A stretch of 64,000 nucleotides of DNA. Origin: Mycobacteriales bacterium (GTDB taxonomy: Bacteria > Actinomycetota > Actinomycetes > JAFAQI01). Location of the stretch: assembly GCA_035550315.1 (NCBI GenBank), contig DASZPL010000139.1, positions 11,812 to 75,811 on the forward strand. Direction: 5' to 3'. The position numbers and the translations under genes were made by a program. How positions within the stretch are numbered: the stretch's first letter is position 1; every line of letters begins with the position of its first letter. Under the pieces are notes generated by a model, which worked only from the letters and a program-made list of their open reading frames with translations, was not told the DNA's origin and searched no databases. This document shows positions 1-9,018 of this stretch, in pieces.

Positions 1-1011
1 CACCTGTTTGCTCCCGAACCGCGCGGTCAACCGGCCCGAGGAGATCCCGAAGCCGAACATCACGATGCACGACGGCAGCAGGATCAGGCCCGACTCGGTG
101 ATGGACGCGCCGAAGCCGTAGCCGGCCGACGGCGACGTCTGCATGAACTGCGGCAAGAACGCCATCGTCGCGTACATGCCGGCGCCGAACAGCAGCGCGA
201 CGAGGTTTGACGTCCACACCACGGGGATCCGCATCATCTGCATGTCGATCAGCGGGTGGCGGGAGCGCGTCTCGACCAGGACCCACGCCACGGCCAGCAA
301 CACGGCCAGCCCGATCAGTCGCACGACGCGGGCCGAGTGCCATCCCCAGATCGGGCCCTCGCTGATCGGCAGCAGCAGCGCAACTAACCAGCCGGACAGC
401 AATGCGGCCGCCACCCAGTTCACCCGCCCGGCCATCCGGATGCCGGACTCCGGTACGACGAACCGGGTGGTCAGCGCGGCCACGACCAGCACCGCTCCCG
501 GCAACCAGAACAGCCAGTGTGGGGAGAGTACGGCGACCAGCGGACCGGCCAGCACGATGCCGAGCCCACTGCCGGCGGCGGTCAGCGCGGCGAGCACGCC
601 GATCGCGCCGGACACGCGCTCTTCCGGAAACTCGTCGCGGATGATCCCGAACGACAGTGGCAGCACGCCGCCGCCAGCACCCTGGATCACCCGGCCGATG
701 ATCATCACGCCGATCGAGCCGGCCAGTGCCGACAGCACGCAGCCGACGGCGAGGGCAACCAGCGCGACGACCAGCATCCGGACCTTGCCCCAGCTGTCGC
801 CGAGCCGGCCCATGATCGGCGTGCACACCGATGCGGACAGCAGGTAGCCGGTCAGCACCCAGGTGACGTTGTTCTGCGTCGTGTGCAGCTCGTGCTGGAT
901 CGTCGGCAGCACCGGCACCACGAGCGACTGCAGCAGCGCATACGCCATCACGCCGGTCGCGAGCACGGCGAAGGTGACCCGGTACGGCGCCCGGCGCGCT
1001 GGGTCGGTCAC
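1..1011 (-). CDS. MFS transporter (DHA2/EmrB-QacA-like), C-terminal part lost at window edge
   Basis: Not in the ORF track because it runs off the window. Minus-strand translation from GTG at 1011 reads VTDPARRAPYRVTFAVLATGVMAYALLQSLVVPVLPTIQ...GRLGDSWGKVRM...GRVIQGAGGG..., with an MFS motif-A-like loop and serial hydrophobic TM segments. The + strand ORFs 143..847 and 517..1377 are low-complexity out-of-frame artefacts. Confidence 0.8.
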   Translation of the reverse strand, partial: MTDPARRAPYRVTFAVLATGVMAYALLQSLVVPVLPTIQHELHTTQNNVTWVLTGYLLSASVCTPIMGRLGDSWGKVRMLVVALVALAVGCVLSALAGSIGVMIIGRVIQGAGGGVLPLSFGIIRDEFPEERVSGAIGVLAALTAAGSGLGIVLAGPLVAVLSPHWLFWLPGAVLVVAALTTRFVVPESGIRMAGRVNWVAAALLSGWLVALLLPISEGPIWGWHSARVVRLIGLAVLLAVAWVLVETRSRHPLIDMQMMRIPVVWTSNLVALLFGAGMYATMAFLPQFMQTSPSAGYGFGASITESGLILLPSCIVMFGFGISSGRLTARFGSKQV

Positions 1012-1065
1012 TCGGTGTTGCCCTCGCTCCCCCGCACCCGTCGTGGTGCAACGGCATCGTATCTA

Positions 1066-1085
1066 AGCGGAGTCGGCGCTCCGCT
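1066..1085 (-). terminator. Candidate stem-loop downstream of the CoA-transferase gene
   Basis: AGCGGAG-TCGGCG-CTCCGCT (7-bp stem, 6-nt loop) lies about 20 nt past the stop at 1106, between two co-directional minus-strand genes. No U-tract follows, so termination is only inferred. Confidence 0.3.
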
Positions 1086-1105
1086 ACTGCACACTGCCGG
1101 GAGGG

Positions 1106-2185
1106 CTAGGGCCAGGCCGGCAGCGCGGCGACACCATGTCGCAGCGGCGGGACCGCGTCGGAACGGCCGGCGGGGTGCTCCTGGTAGTGCACGGGATGGG
1201 TCATCTCGGTGGCGCCGTCGGCGGTCCGGCGTACGACGCCGCGGGCGAGCAGCTGCGGGTCGGCGACCAGCTCGCCCGCCTCGCGCACCGGCGACACCGG
1301 GGCGCCGGCGCGCGTCAGCCGCTCGACCAGCGATGCGCGGTCCGCGCGACCGATCACGGCCGCCAGCTGGGTGTTGAGCTCGGTCATCCGATCCGAGCGC
1401 TCGGCAAAGCTCAGCTCGGCCAGCTCGGCGAGCCCGAGCGTGGTCGCCAGGGCCCGCCACAGCGGCTGCTCCGCCAGGACGCCGAGCGCGATCCATTGGT
1501 CATCCGCGGTGCGGAACGTGCCGTAACCGGCGGCTCCCCCGCCCATCGGCTGGCCGTCGGCCCGGCGTATCTCGGGCAGCGGGCCGGTCCACGTGGCGAG
1601 GATGTCGGCCATTGCGACGTCCAGGTAGTCGCCCTCGCCGGACCGCGCGACCCGCACCAGCGCTGCGCTGATCGCCATCGCTGCGAAAGCGCCGGCGGCA
1701 AGGTCGGCGACCGGCGGCCGGCCGACGACGGGCTCGCCGCCCGGCACGCGCGGGGCGATGGTGCCCGCCAGCGCCTGGAAGTTCAGGTCGTGGCCGGGCA
1801 GGTCGCGCATCGGGCCGCTCTGACCGTACCCGCTCACCGAGCAGTAGACGGTCGCCGGGTTGCGTGCCCGGACATCGTCGTAGCCGATCCCGAGGCGGCC
1901 GGCGACGCCCGGCCGGAACCCCTCGATCACGACGTCGGCGGTCGCCGCCAGGCCGCGGACGGCTTCCCGCTGCTCGGGGTCCTTCAGGTCGATCGCGACG
2001 GCGCGCTTGCCGACGTTGAGAATGGCGAACAGCTCCGGAAACGTCCGCATCGGGTCGCCGCCCGGCGGCTCGATCTTGATGACGTCGGCGCCCATCTCGG
2101 CGAGCAGCTGGGTGGCATACGGCACCGGTCGCCAGATCCCGAAGTCGAGCACCCGGATGCCGGCGAGCAGACCCGCCGTCGTCAT
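1106..2185 (-). CDS. Family III CoA-transferase (CaiB/BaiF-type)
   Basis: ORF 1106..2314 trimmed to the internal ATG at 2185 (MTTAGLLAGIRVLDFGIW...). This start forms an ATGA overlap with the stop of the upstream GMC gene. N-terminal GIRVLDF signature and overall family III pattern. Confidence 0.85.
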   Translation of the reverse strand: MTTAGLLAGIRVLDFGIWRPVPYATQLLAEMGADVIKIEPPGGDPMRTFPELFAILNVGKRAVAIDLKDPEQREAVRGLAATADVVIEGFRPGVAGRLGIGYDDVRARNPATVYCSVSGYGQSGPMRDLPGHDLNFQALAGTIAPRVPGGEPVVGRPPVADLAAGAFAAMAISAALVRVARSGEGDYLDVAMADILATWTGPLPEIRRADGQPMGGGAAGYGTFRTADDQWIALGVLAEQPLWRALATTLGLAELAELSFAERSDRMTELNTQLAAVIGRADRASLVERLTRAGAPVSPVREAGELVADPQLLARGVVRRTADGATEMTHPVHYQEHPAGRSDAVPPLRHGVAALPAWP

Positions 2186-3879
2186 CGCGCCAGGTGCCGG
2201 GCGACCCGCAGCGCCACCGCCATGATGGTCAGTGTCGGGTTGCTGGCACCCGACGTGGCGAACAACCCGCCGTCGACGACGTACAGGTTGTCGGCGTGGT
2301 GGAACCGGCCCCACGGGTCGGTGACGCTCGACCTCGGATGCTCGCCCATCTGCATGCCGCCGAGCACGTGCCGGGTCGCGGGGATCACGCCGGTCGATCC
2401 CAACAGCGGCGTGTTGGCGGGCACCGCCGCGGCGACGGTGGCGCCGGCAGCGAGCAGCAGCGCGGTCACCAGCGGGATGAAGAACTCCTGCGCGACGCGC
2501 TCATGCTTGCCCGGCGCGTAGGTGATCCGCGGTGCCGGAAAGCCATGCCGGTCGCGCACCTTCGGGTCGAGGGTCACGTTGTTGCTCAGGTAGGGCAGGT
2601 CGTGGCCGAGCAGCTGCACGCCGGCCAGCCGGTCGCGCAGCAGCGAGGTCCGCATCAGCTCCTTGAACGCCAACCCGAAGGGGCGCTCCGGCTGCACCGC
2701 CGACAGGATGTATTGGTAGAACTGCGCCTCGGCGATGACGTCCTCGCTGCCACCGAGCTCGCACAGCCCACCCCGGATGTAGGGCAGGCCCTGCAGCTTC
2801 GCGAAGGCCCGCGACCCGGTGAAGTCCGGGTCGCCGAAGTCCTCCATGCAGTTGGTTTCCGCGCCCCAGCTCTTGTACGCGTGCAGCCGCTGGTCGAGGA
2901 AGACGCCGAAGCCGGACGTGAAGAAGTGGAACATCAGCCGCTTGCCGATCCGGTGGTGCGGATCCGGCAGGTCCGACATCAGCGCGATCCGTGCGCTCTC
3001 GATGGCGGAGGCGGACAGCACGACGACGTCGCCGTGCTCCACTCCCCGCCGGCCGTGCTGGTCGATCCAGCCCAGGCCGACGGCGCGGCGGCCCTTCATG
3101 ACGACGCGGTGGACCATCGTCTCCGGCCGGATCTCCACCCGGCCGGTGCGCAGGGCTCGGTGCAGCAGGTCGAGCGAGCTGCCTCGGGCGGAGGTCGGGC
3201 AGCCGTAGGCGTTGCAGAAGCCGCAGTTCACGCACTTCGGGCGGCCGTTGTACTCCCGCGAGTTGATCGCGTGGGGGAACGGATAGGGGTACAGCCCGAC
3301 CCGGCGGGCACCCTCCGCGACCAGGTGCGACGCCCGCTGCGGCGGGCCGGGACGCATCGGGAACTGCCGGTGCCGGGGCGCGTGCTTGAGCACCGGGTCG
3401 TGCGGCATCTGGTGCACGTCGCCCTGTACGCCGATCAGATGCTCGAGCTCGTCGTAGAGGTGCGCGATGTCGGCGTACTCGAACGGCCAGTCGGCGACGT
3501 CGGCGCCCGGCTGCGGCCCGAGCATCGACCGCTGCTTGAAGTCGATGTCCCAGAACCGCGGCATCGCGCCGCCGTAGTGCACGGTGCCGCCGCCCACCGT
3601 GACCGGCAGCTCGTTCACCGGGCCGACGTAGTAGCCGCTGGTCTGCTTCGCGCTGGTCCGGAACGTGCGCGGATACGCCATCGGGTCGGGGTTCTCGAAG
3701 TTGCGCGCCGCCTTCAGCTCGTCATTGGAGAACACCGTCTTCGGCGGCCAGTGCTTGCCGAGGCCGGTGAAGTAGTTCGGGCCCTTCTCCAGCAGCACCA
3801 CGTGCCAGCCGGCCTCTGCCAGCGTCATCGCCACGACACTCGCGCCGGCGCCGCTGCCCGCGATCACGGCCTTACGCAC
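2182..3879 (-). CDS. GMC-family FAD-dependent oxidoreductase (flavoprotein subunit)
   Basis: 565 aa. N-terminal dinucleotide fold VIAGSGAGASVVAMTLAEAGWHVVLLEKG. C-terminal HVLGGMQMG...NLYVVDGGLFATSGASNPTLTIMA is typical of GMC enzymes. GTG start at 3879. Confidence 0.9.
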   Translation of the reverse strand: MRKAVIAGSGAGASVVAMTLAEAGWHVVLLEKGPNYFTGLGKHWPPKTVFSNDELKAARNFENPDPMAYPRTFRTSAKQTSGYYVGPVNELPVTVGGGTVHYGGAMPRFWDIDFKQRSMLGPQPGADVADWPFEYADIAHLYDELEHLIGVQGDVHQMPHDPVLKHAPRHRQFPMRPGPPQRASHLVAEGARRVGLYPYPFPHAINSREYNGRPKCVNCGFCNAYGCPTSARGSSLDLLHRALRTGRVEIRPETMVHRVVMKGRRAVGLGWIDQHGRRGVEHGDVVVLSASAIESARIALMSDLPDPHHRIGKRLMFHFFTSGFGVFLDQRLHAYKSWGAETNCMEDFGDPDFTGSRAFAKLQGLPYIRGGLCELGGSEDVIAEAQFYQYILSAVQPERPFGLAFKELMRTSLLRDRLAGVQLLGHDLPYLSNNVTLDPKVRDRHGFPAPRITYAPGKHERVAQEFFIPLVTALLLAAGATVAAAVPANTPLLGSTGVIPATRHVLGGMQMGEHPRSSVTDPWGRFHHADNLYVVDGGLFATSGASNPTLTIMAVALRVARHLAR

Positions 3880-4669
3880 GCCACACCCCGCTCGCCAGCG
3901 CTTGCGCGATCTTCGGGAAGTCGTCGAGCAGCAACTGCACGATGCCGGTCGGATCGACCAGCGAGAAGTCGGCCTCGGCCATTTCGGCGGCGGTGTATCC
4001 CTTCGGTTGGCTGTCGCCCGGGAAGCCGATCTCCTTCCAGCCGAGCAGGTCCTTGTTGCCGCCGTACTCGGGGACCGAGTACATCCCTTCGATGGTGTGC
4101 TGGAACAGCACGGCAGTGAACGGCTTGGCCGACGTCGAGGCCAGGATCAGGTCTTGCTGCAGCGCGAGGGCCTTGGTGAAGTCGCCGCCGGCGTGCTCGT
4201 CGAGCAACGCGATGCCGCGCCGGTAGGTGCGTTTCAGTCCCTTGATCCGCTTCCGCCAGGCCTCCGCCTGCGCCCGGTCGGGTGGGACGAACGTCGCCAT
4301 GTGGTCACCGCCGTGGGTGTGCCGGTTGCTCCACGGCCCGCCGGCGAACAGCTTCGGCGTCCGGTGGTCGAACATCGACAGCATGGTGTCGATGTAGCGC
4401 ACGACGTCGGCCTCGTGCGCGCCCGGATGGCCGAGCTCGAGCAGCTCGTCGTCCGGTCCTGGCGCGATGCGCCGGGTTGCAGCATCGACCACGGCCGCCT
4501 GGTGCTTGCTGAAGAACCGGTACGTCGACGCGGGCGAGTTTCGGCGCGCCGCGGCGAGCGCGTCCGGCACCATCGCGGCCAGCGGCAGCAAGCTGACCGA
4601 GGCGAGCACGGTGCGTCGCGAGACCCCCGCGTCGTCCGACGGATGGAATTCGTCGCCATTATCGGCCAT
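3872..4669 (-). CDS. Gluconate 2-dehydrogenase subunit-3-family small subunit with Tat signal
   Basis: Twin-arginine signal SRRTVLASVSLLPLAAMVPDALAA. The gene sits directly upstream of the GMC flavoprotein gene and overlaps it by 8 nt. Start set at ATG 4669 (the track start 4687 is TTG). Confidence 0.75.
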   Translation of the reverse strand: MADNGDEFHPSDDAGVSRRTVLASVSLLPLAAMVPDALAAARRNSPASTYRFFSKHQAAVVDAATRRIAPGPDDELLELGHPGAHEADVVRYIDTMLSMFDHRTPKLFAGGPWSNRHTHGGDHMATFVPPDRAQAEAWRKRIKGLKRTYRRGIALLDEHAGGDFTKALALQQDLILASTSAKPFTAVLFQHTIEGMYSVPEYGGNKDLLGWKEIGFPGDSQPKGYTAAEMAEADFSLVDPTGIVQLLLDDFPKIAQALASGVWRA

Positions 4670-4696
4670 CGCGACGGCAACCCCCAATCATCGTGG

Positions 4697-4716
4697 CGGC
4701 AGCGTAACGGCTGCCG
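4697..4716. promoter_or_regulatory. Inverted repeat CGGCAGC-N6-GCTGCCG in divergent promoter region
   Basis: 7-bp perfect arms with a 6-nt spacer, in the roughly 65-bp gap between the divergent small-subunit (start 4669) and sulfotransferase (start 4735) genes. Function is inferred only. Confidence 0.3.
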
Positions 4717-4734
4717 ACCCGGCATGATCGCGCC

Positions 4735-5382
4735 ATGGCAAGCGACCTTCGGGTCATCGGCGCCGGACTGCCGAGGACCGGAACCCATTCGTTGCGGCTT
4801 GCGCTCCAGCAGTTGTTGGGCGAGAACTGCTACCACATGTCGTTGCTGTTCGAACGCGACGGCGTCGACGTCCCGGCCTGGCAGGCCGCGGTCGACGGCC
4901 GGCCGGTGGACTGGGACGCGATCTTCGACGGCTGCACGGCCGCCGTGGACTGGCCGGCCTCCGCGTTCTGGGCCGACCTCGCTGCGCAGTACCCCGATGC
5001 GCTGATCGTGCTATCGACCCGCGACTCGGCTGAGGCGTGGTGGCAGAGCGCCACCGCCACGGTCTGGGGCGTGATGCGCAGCGGGCCGCCGGAAGGACTC
5101 GACCCCGCGTGGTTCACGATGGCGTCCGGCCTGATGGCACGGGTCTTCGGCGCCGACTGGGACGATCCGGCGAGCGCGATGGCGACGTACGACCGCTACA
5201 ACACCACCGTCCGGGAGACGGCGCCGCCGGGCCGGTTGCTGGAGTGGAACGCAAAGCAGGGATGGGCGCCGCTGTGTGAACGGCTCGGCCTGCCGGTGCC
5301 GAGCGAGCCGTTCCCACGGACGAACACCTCGGAGGAGTGGGCGCAACGCGCCGCCGCCGCCCAGGCGGAGACCGCTGGTTAG
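4735..5382 (+). CDS. Sulfotransferase-family protein
   Basis: 215 aa. N-terminal PAPS-loop-like GLPRTGTHS, internal LSTRD, and compact size resemble small bacterial sulfotransferases. ATG start. Confidence 0.6.
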   Translation: MASDLRVIGAGLPRTGTHSLRLALQQLLGENCYHMSLLFERDGVDVPAWQAAVDGRPVDWDAIFDGCTAAVDWPASAFWADLAAQYPDALIVLSTRDSAEAWWQSATATVWGVMRSGPPEGLDPAWFTMASGLMARVFGADWDDPASAMATYDRYNTTVRETAPPGRLLEWNAKQGWAPLCERLGLPVPSEPFPRTNTSEEWAQRAAAAQAETAG

Positions 5383-6503
5383 CGCGTGACGATCGCGACG
5401 CCCGCGTTGGCGCCGCGGCCGACGGTGTGGGCCAGCCCGACCCGCGCCCCGTCGACCTGTCGCAGGCCGGCCTCGCCGCGCAGCTGCCGGACGAGCTCGA
5501 CGACCTGGCCGAGCGCCGACGCCCCGAGCGGCTCGCCCTTGGACAGCAAACCGCCGCTGACGTTGACCGGCAGCCGGCCGCCGCGCGAGGTGGCTCCGGA
5601 CTCGAGCAGCTCGACGCAGCCGCCGCGCGGGCACAACCCCAGCTCCTCGTAGGACAGCAGCTCGCGGGCCGCGTCCGTGTCCTGGCACTCGACGAGGTCG
5701 AGATCCTCGGGCCCGAGGCCGGCGGCTTCGTAGGCGTCGGTGGCAGCGAGCGTCGAGGGTGGCGTGATCGTGTCGTCGGCTAGTCCGGCCATCGGCGTCG
5801 CCTCGCCGAGCACGTGGCCCGGCAGATGCGAGCGCAGCACGGCCGCCGCCAGCTGCGGTCCGTCGTCACCGCGGCGAAGCACGACGGCAGCGGCACCCTC
5901 GTTGGGCGAGCACAGCATCCACAGGTGCAGCGGCTCGCACACCACACGCGAGGCGAGCACCTCCTCGGCCGTGACCGGCTTCTGGAACATGGCATCGGGG
6001 TTGGCCGCGCCGTGCCCGCGGTTCTTCACGACCACGTCGGCGAGATGCTGCTTGGTCACGCCGGAGTCGTGCATCAGTCGCTGAGCCCGTAGCGCGAAGT
6101 ACGCCGGCGTGGCGGCGAGGCCGGCCTGCTCGCGCCACGGTTCGAAGAACGACGACCGGATGATCCCCTTCGGCATCTTCTCGATGCCGAAGACAAGGGC
6201 GGCGTCGTGCTGCCCGGACCGGATGGCGCCGGACGCAAGGACCAGGGCGGCGATGCCACTCGCGCATCCAGCTTCCACGTCGATGATCGGCATGCCGGTC
6301 ATGCCCAGCGCACCGAGCACTTTGTGACCGGCGGCCACCCCGCCGTACGCCGTGCCGCAGAACGCCGCCTGGAAGCCGCCGCGCCCGATGCCGGCCTCGG
6401 CCAGCGCCGACCGGACGGCGACGACGCCCATGTCAGCCGCCGTGACCCCGTCGAACCGGCCGAACGGATGCAGCCCGACACCGGCGATGCTGACCCCGGT
6501 CAT
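5379..6503 (-). CDS. Thiolase-like (SCP-x / lipid-transfer type) acetyl-CoA acyltransferase
   Basis: 374 aa with a thiolase fold pattern (DVEAGCASG active-site Cys region, C-terminal GLAHTVGRGANAG). ATGA overlap with the upstream DUF35 partner, a classic pairing. Confidence 0.85.
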   Translation of the reverse strand: MTGVSIAGVGLHPFGRFDGVTAADMGVVAVRSALAEAGIGRGGFQAAFCGTAYGGVAAGHKVLGALGMTGMPIIDVEAGCASGIAALVLASGAIRSGQHDAALVFGIEKMPKGIIRSSFFEPWREQAGLAATPAYFALRAQRLMHDSGVTKQHLADVVVKNRGHGAANPDAMFQKPVTAEEVLASRVVCEPLHLWMLCSPNEGAAAVVLRRGDDGPQLAAAVLRSHLPGHVLGEATPMAGLADDTITPPSTLAATDAYEAAGLGPEDLDLVECQDTDAARELLSYEELGLCPRGGCVELLESGATSRGGRLPVNVSGGLLSKGEPLGASALGQVVELVRQLRGEAGLRQVDGARVGLAHTVGRGANAGVAIVTR

Positions 6504-6892
6504 GCCACCGGCTCGAAGGCGTAGGACACCAGGTGGCCAGCGTCACCGGTGCCGACCGGCGCTGTCACCAGCCGCATCGGTTGACCCATCCGCAGCTTGG
6601 CCGGATCGCTCTCGGTCAGCAGGCCGAGCACACGGAGCCCTTCCGGCAGCTCGACGACGCCGAAGCCGAACGGGACGTCGCCGGTGTAGCCCGGGGGTGG
6701 CGCCGTCACCGCGGTCCACGCCCATAACGTCCCGGTGGGCGACAGCGTCACCGGCTCCGGGTCGTCGGCCGAGCAGTACGGGCAGATGTCGTGGCGCGGG
6801 AAGTGGTGCCCGCCGCAGGAGCGGCAGCGGCTGCCGAGCAGCCGGGGCTCATCGGTGAACAGGCCCTCCCGCACCGGAACGCTGACGCCCAC
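6500..6892 (-). CDS. Zn-ribbon/OB-fold protein (DUF35 family), thiolase partner
   Basis: CRSCGGHHFPRHDICPYC zinc ribbon followed by an OB-fold-like C-terminus. The stop overlaps the thiolase start. The start is uncertain: GTG 6892 chosen, ATG 6949 also possible. Confidence 0.75.
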   Translation of the reverse strand: MGVSVPVREGLFTDEPRLLGSRCRSCGGHHFPRHDICPYCSADDPEPVTLSPTGTLWAWTAVTAPPPGYTGDVPFGFGVVELPEGLRVLGLLTESDPAKLRMGQPMRLVTAPVGTGDAGHLVSYAFEPVA

Positions 6893-6967
6893 GTCAGCAA
6901 GCGTAAGCGTCGGCGAGCGCGGCTCGCCCTCTCGACACCGCCCCGGCACCGACGTAACCTGACACTC

Positions 6968-8236
6968 GTGTCAGGGTCTGGGATTCCTTATGACAGCACC
7001 AAGGACGAGTTGCCGAAGGTCATCAGCGTCGATGACCACGTAACCGAGCCAGCCCACGTCTGGCAGACCTACTTGCCCGAGCGGTTCCGCGAGAACGGGC
7101 CGAAGATCAAGCGGGCGAAGTGGGGCAAGATCGCCTTCAACCGGTCGGGCAGCGGCCGCGGCCACTACGTGCAGGAAGAGGACCCGGACGGCCAGTGGGG
7201 CGACGCCTGGATCTATGACGGCGCCGTCATCTACGTGCACAAGCGCTTCGTCGCCATCCCGCTCGACGCCACCCCGGACGGCGACCTGTCGAAGTTCGAC
7301 CGCACGAAGATGCCGATGACGCCGATCACCTACGACGAGATGCGTCCCGGCTGCTACGACCCGCAGGAGCGCAGCAAGGAGTTCCTGGCCAACTGGGTCG
7401 ACGGATCGCTGCCGTTCCCGACGTTCCCGCGGTTCTGCGGCCAGACCTTCCTGGAGGCTCCGGACAAGGAGCTGGCCGAGGCGTGCGTCTATGCCTACAA
7501 CGACTGGATGGTCGAGGAGTGGTGCGCTCCCGGCACCGTGAACCTCCCGCTGCAACTGGTCCCGCTGTGGGACGTGGACCTGGCGGTCAAGGAGGTCGAG
7601 CGCAACGCGAAGCGTGGCGTGCACGCGGTCGCGTTCTCCGAGATGCCGCCCGCACTCGACCTGCCGAGCATCCACTCCGGCTACTGGGACCCGTTCTTCG
7701 ACGTCTGCCAGAACACCGCCACCACGTTGTGCATGCACATCGGCTCGTCGTCGCGGATGCCGAAGGCCTCCCCCGACGCTCCCGCCGGCGCCGGCAACAT
7801 GCTCGCGTTCAACACCGCGATGGCGTCCATGGCCGACTTCCTGTTCGGCGGCATCCTGCACCGCTTCCCGAAGCTGAAGATCGCCTACAGCGAGGGGCAG
7901 ATCGGCTGGATCCCCTACGCGCTGGAGCGCGCCGACACGACGTGGGACCAGCACGACGCGTGGACGCACGCCAAGTCGATCATCCCGAACCCGCCGTCGA
8001 CGTACTACTGGGGTCGGGTGTTCGGTTGCTTCACCAACGACCAGCACGGACTCGACTCGATCGACAAGATCGGCCACGACAACGTCTGCTTCGAGACCGA
8101 CTACCCGCACACCGACACGACCTGGCCGAACACCCGGGCCCACATCGAGAAGATGATCGTCGGGATGTCGGACGACCTGGTCTACAAGACGTTGCGGGGC
8201 AACGCGATCAACATGCTGTCGTTGGACACCGTCTGA
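6968..8236 (+). CDS. Amidohydrolase_2 (ACMSD-like) metal-dependent hydrolase/decarboxylase
   Basis: Motifs VISVDDHVTEP, MRPGCYD, MHIGSS, SEGQIGW, ETDYPHTDTTWP. Start trimmed to in-frame GTG 6968, because the 5' part of ORF 6791.. overlaps the divergent DUF35 gene. Paralog of 24730..25926. Confidence 0.8.
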   Translation: MSGSGIPYDSTKDELPKVISVDDHVTEPAHVWQTYLPERFRENGPKIKRAKWGKIAFNRSGSGRGHYVQEEDPDGQWGDAWIYDGAVIYVHKRFVAIPLDATPDGDLSKFDRTKMPMTPITYDEMRPGCYDPQERSKEFLANWVDGSLPFPTFPRFCGQTFLEAPDKELAEACVYAYNDWMVEEWCAPGTVNLPLQLVPLWDVDLAVKEVERNAKRGVHAVAFSEMPPALDLPSIHSGYWDPFFDVCQNTATTLCMHIGSSSRMPKASPDAPAGAGNMLAFNTAMASMADFLFGGILHRFPKLKIAYSEGQIGWIPYALERADTTWDQHDAWTHAKSIIPNPPSTYYWGRVFGCFTNDQHGLDSIDKIGHDNVCFETDYPHTDTTWPNTRAHIEKMIVGMSDDLVYKTLRGNAINMLSLDTV

Positions 8237-8240
8237 CGTC

Positions 8241-8954
8241 CTAACCGCGACGCGGCGGGCGGAGTACGGCGAACGGGTCCGTGACCGCGAGCTCGTGGCG
8301 GCGAAACCGGTAGGTCATCGCCGGGCGCCCGCCCGTGCTGCCGGGAGTGGTGCGGCGTCCGGTCGGCTCGATCAGCCGGCGGCGGTTCATCACCCGCGAC
8401 AAGTTGGTCTGCGTCACTCGATAGCCGAGCGCCGCACCGATGACGTCACGCAGCTCCGCCATCGTGAACTCGGCCGGTGCCAGCGCGAAGCCGATGTTCG
8501 TGTAGGAGAGCTTGGCGCGCAGCCGCTCCGTCGCCGCCGCGATGAAGTCGGTGTGGTCGAACGCGGTCGGCGGCAGCTCCGCGACCGGCTGCCAGGCGGT
8601 GTCCTCGGGCAGCGAGGGTGACGCCGAGGTCGGCACGATGCCGAGGTACGCCGTCGCGAGCACGCGCCCCCGCGGGTCGCGGGCGATGTTGCTGTGGGTG
8701 GCGAGCTGCTCCAGGTGGGCGAGCTCTCGGACGTCCACCTTCTCCGCCAGGTGGCGGGTGATCGCCGTACGTAACCGCTCGTCCGCGCGCACGCCGCCGC
8801 CGGGCAGCGCCCACCGCCGCGCGAACGGCGGTTTGGCGCGGCGCCACATCAGCACCGACAGCACGCCGTCGCGCACCGACAGCACGACGGCGAGCACTTC
8901 GTGCGGGTACGCCGGCCAGCCCGGCATGTCGCCATCGCGGGCGGCGCGGTTCAC
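8241..8954 (-). CDS. nrtR: NrtR-like Nudix-related transcriptional regulator
   Basis: Degenerate Nudix box (GGVRADE-x7-RHLAEK in place of REUXEE) plus a C-terminal winged-helix-like region (TMAELRDVIGAALGYRVTQTNLSRVMNRR). Divergent from nadABC, the known NrtR context. Start is either GTG 8954 or ATG 8927. Confidence 0.8.
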   Translation of the reverse strand: MNRAARDGDMPGWPAYPHEVLAVVLSVRDGVLSVLMWRRAKPPFARRWALPGGGVRADERLRTAITRHLAEKVDVRELAHLEQLATHSNIARDPRGRVLATAYLGIVPTSASPSLPEDTAWQPVAELPPTAFDHTDFIAAATERLRAKLSYTNIGFALAPAEFTMAELRDVIGAALGYRVTQTNLSRVMNRRRLIEPTGRRTTPGSTGGRPAMTYRFRRHELAVTDPFAVLRPPRRG

Positions 8955-9018
8955 GCCCGCATGCTACGGTCTGACCCAAGTAATCGCCTCATAGTCGAAA
9001 ACCGGCGGACGGAGCGCC

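Noticed and set aside
143-1377. Plus-strand ORFs 143..847, 402..644, 517..1377 and 863..1066 overlapping the MFS gene
   Set aside because: The translations are Ala/Arg/Pro/Ser/Thr-rich and low-complexity, with no motifs. The opposite strand encodes a convincing MFS transporter. This is typical alternative-frame noise in high-G+C DNA.
2194-4119. Very long antisense or alternative-frame ORFs throughout the track. Examples: 2194..4119+, 6971..8143-, 9807..11591-, 16391..17962-, 18727..20169-, 23199..24875-, 27112..28200-, 35660..37024-, 39637..40782-, 41083..42246+, 50914..52230-, 53101..54537-, 55984..57219-, 58497..59750-, 59623..60795+
   Set aside because: Each lies antisense to, or out of frame with, a gene that has clear family motifs. 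Their products are dominated by Arg/Gly/Pro/Ala/Asp runs, and stop codons are simply rare in these frames at this G+C content.
8955-9018. Attempt to pinpoint an NrtR operator between nrtR and nadA
   Set aside because: Only a 4+1+4 element (GGTC-T-GACC) was found. There is no long palindrome I can confidently match to an NrtR box from memory, so it is not annotated as a feature.
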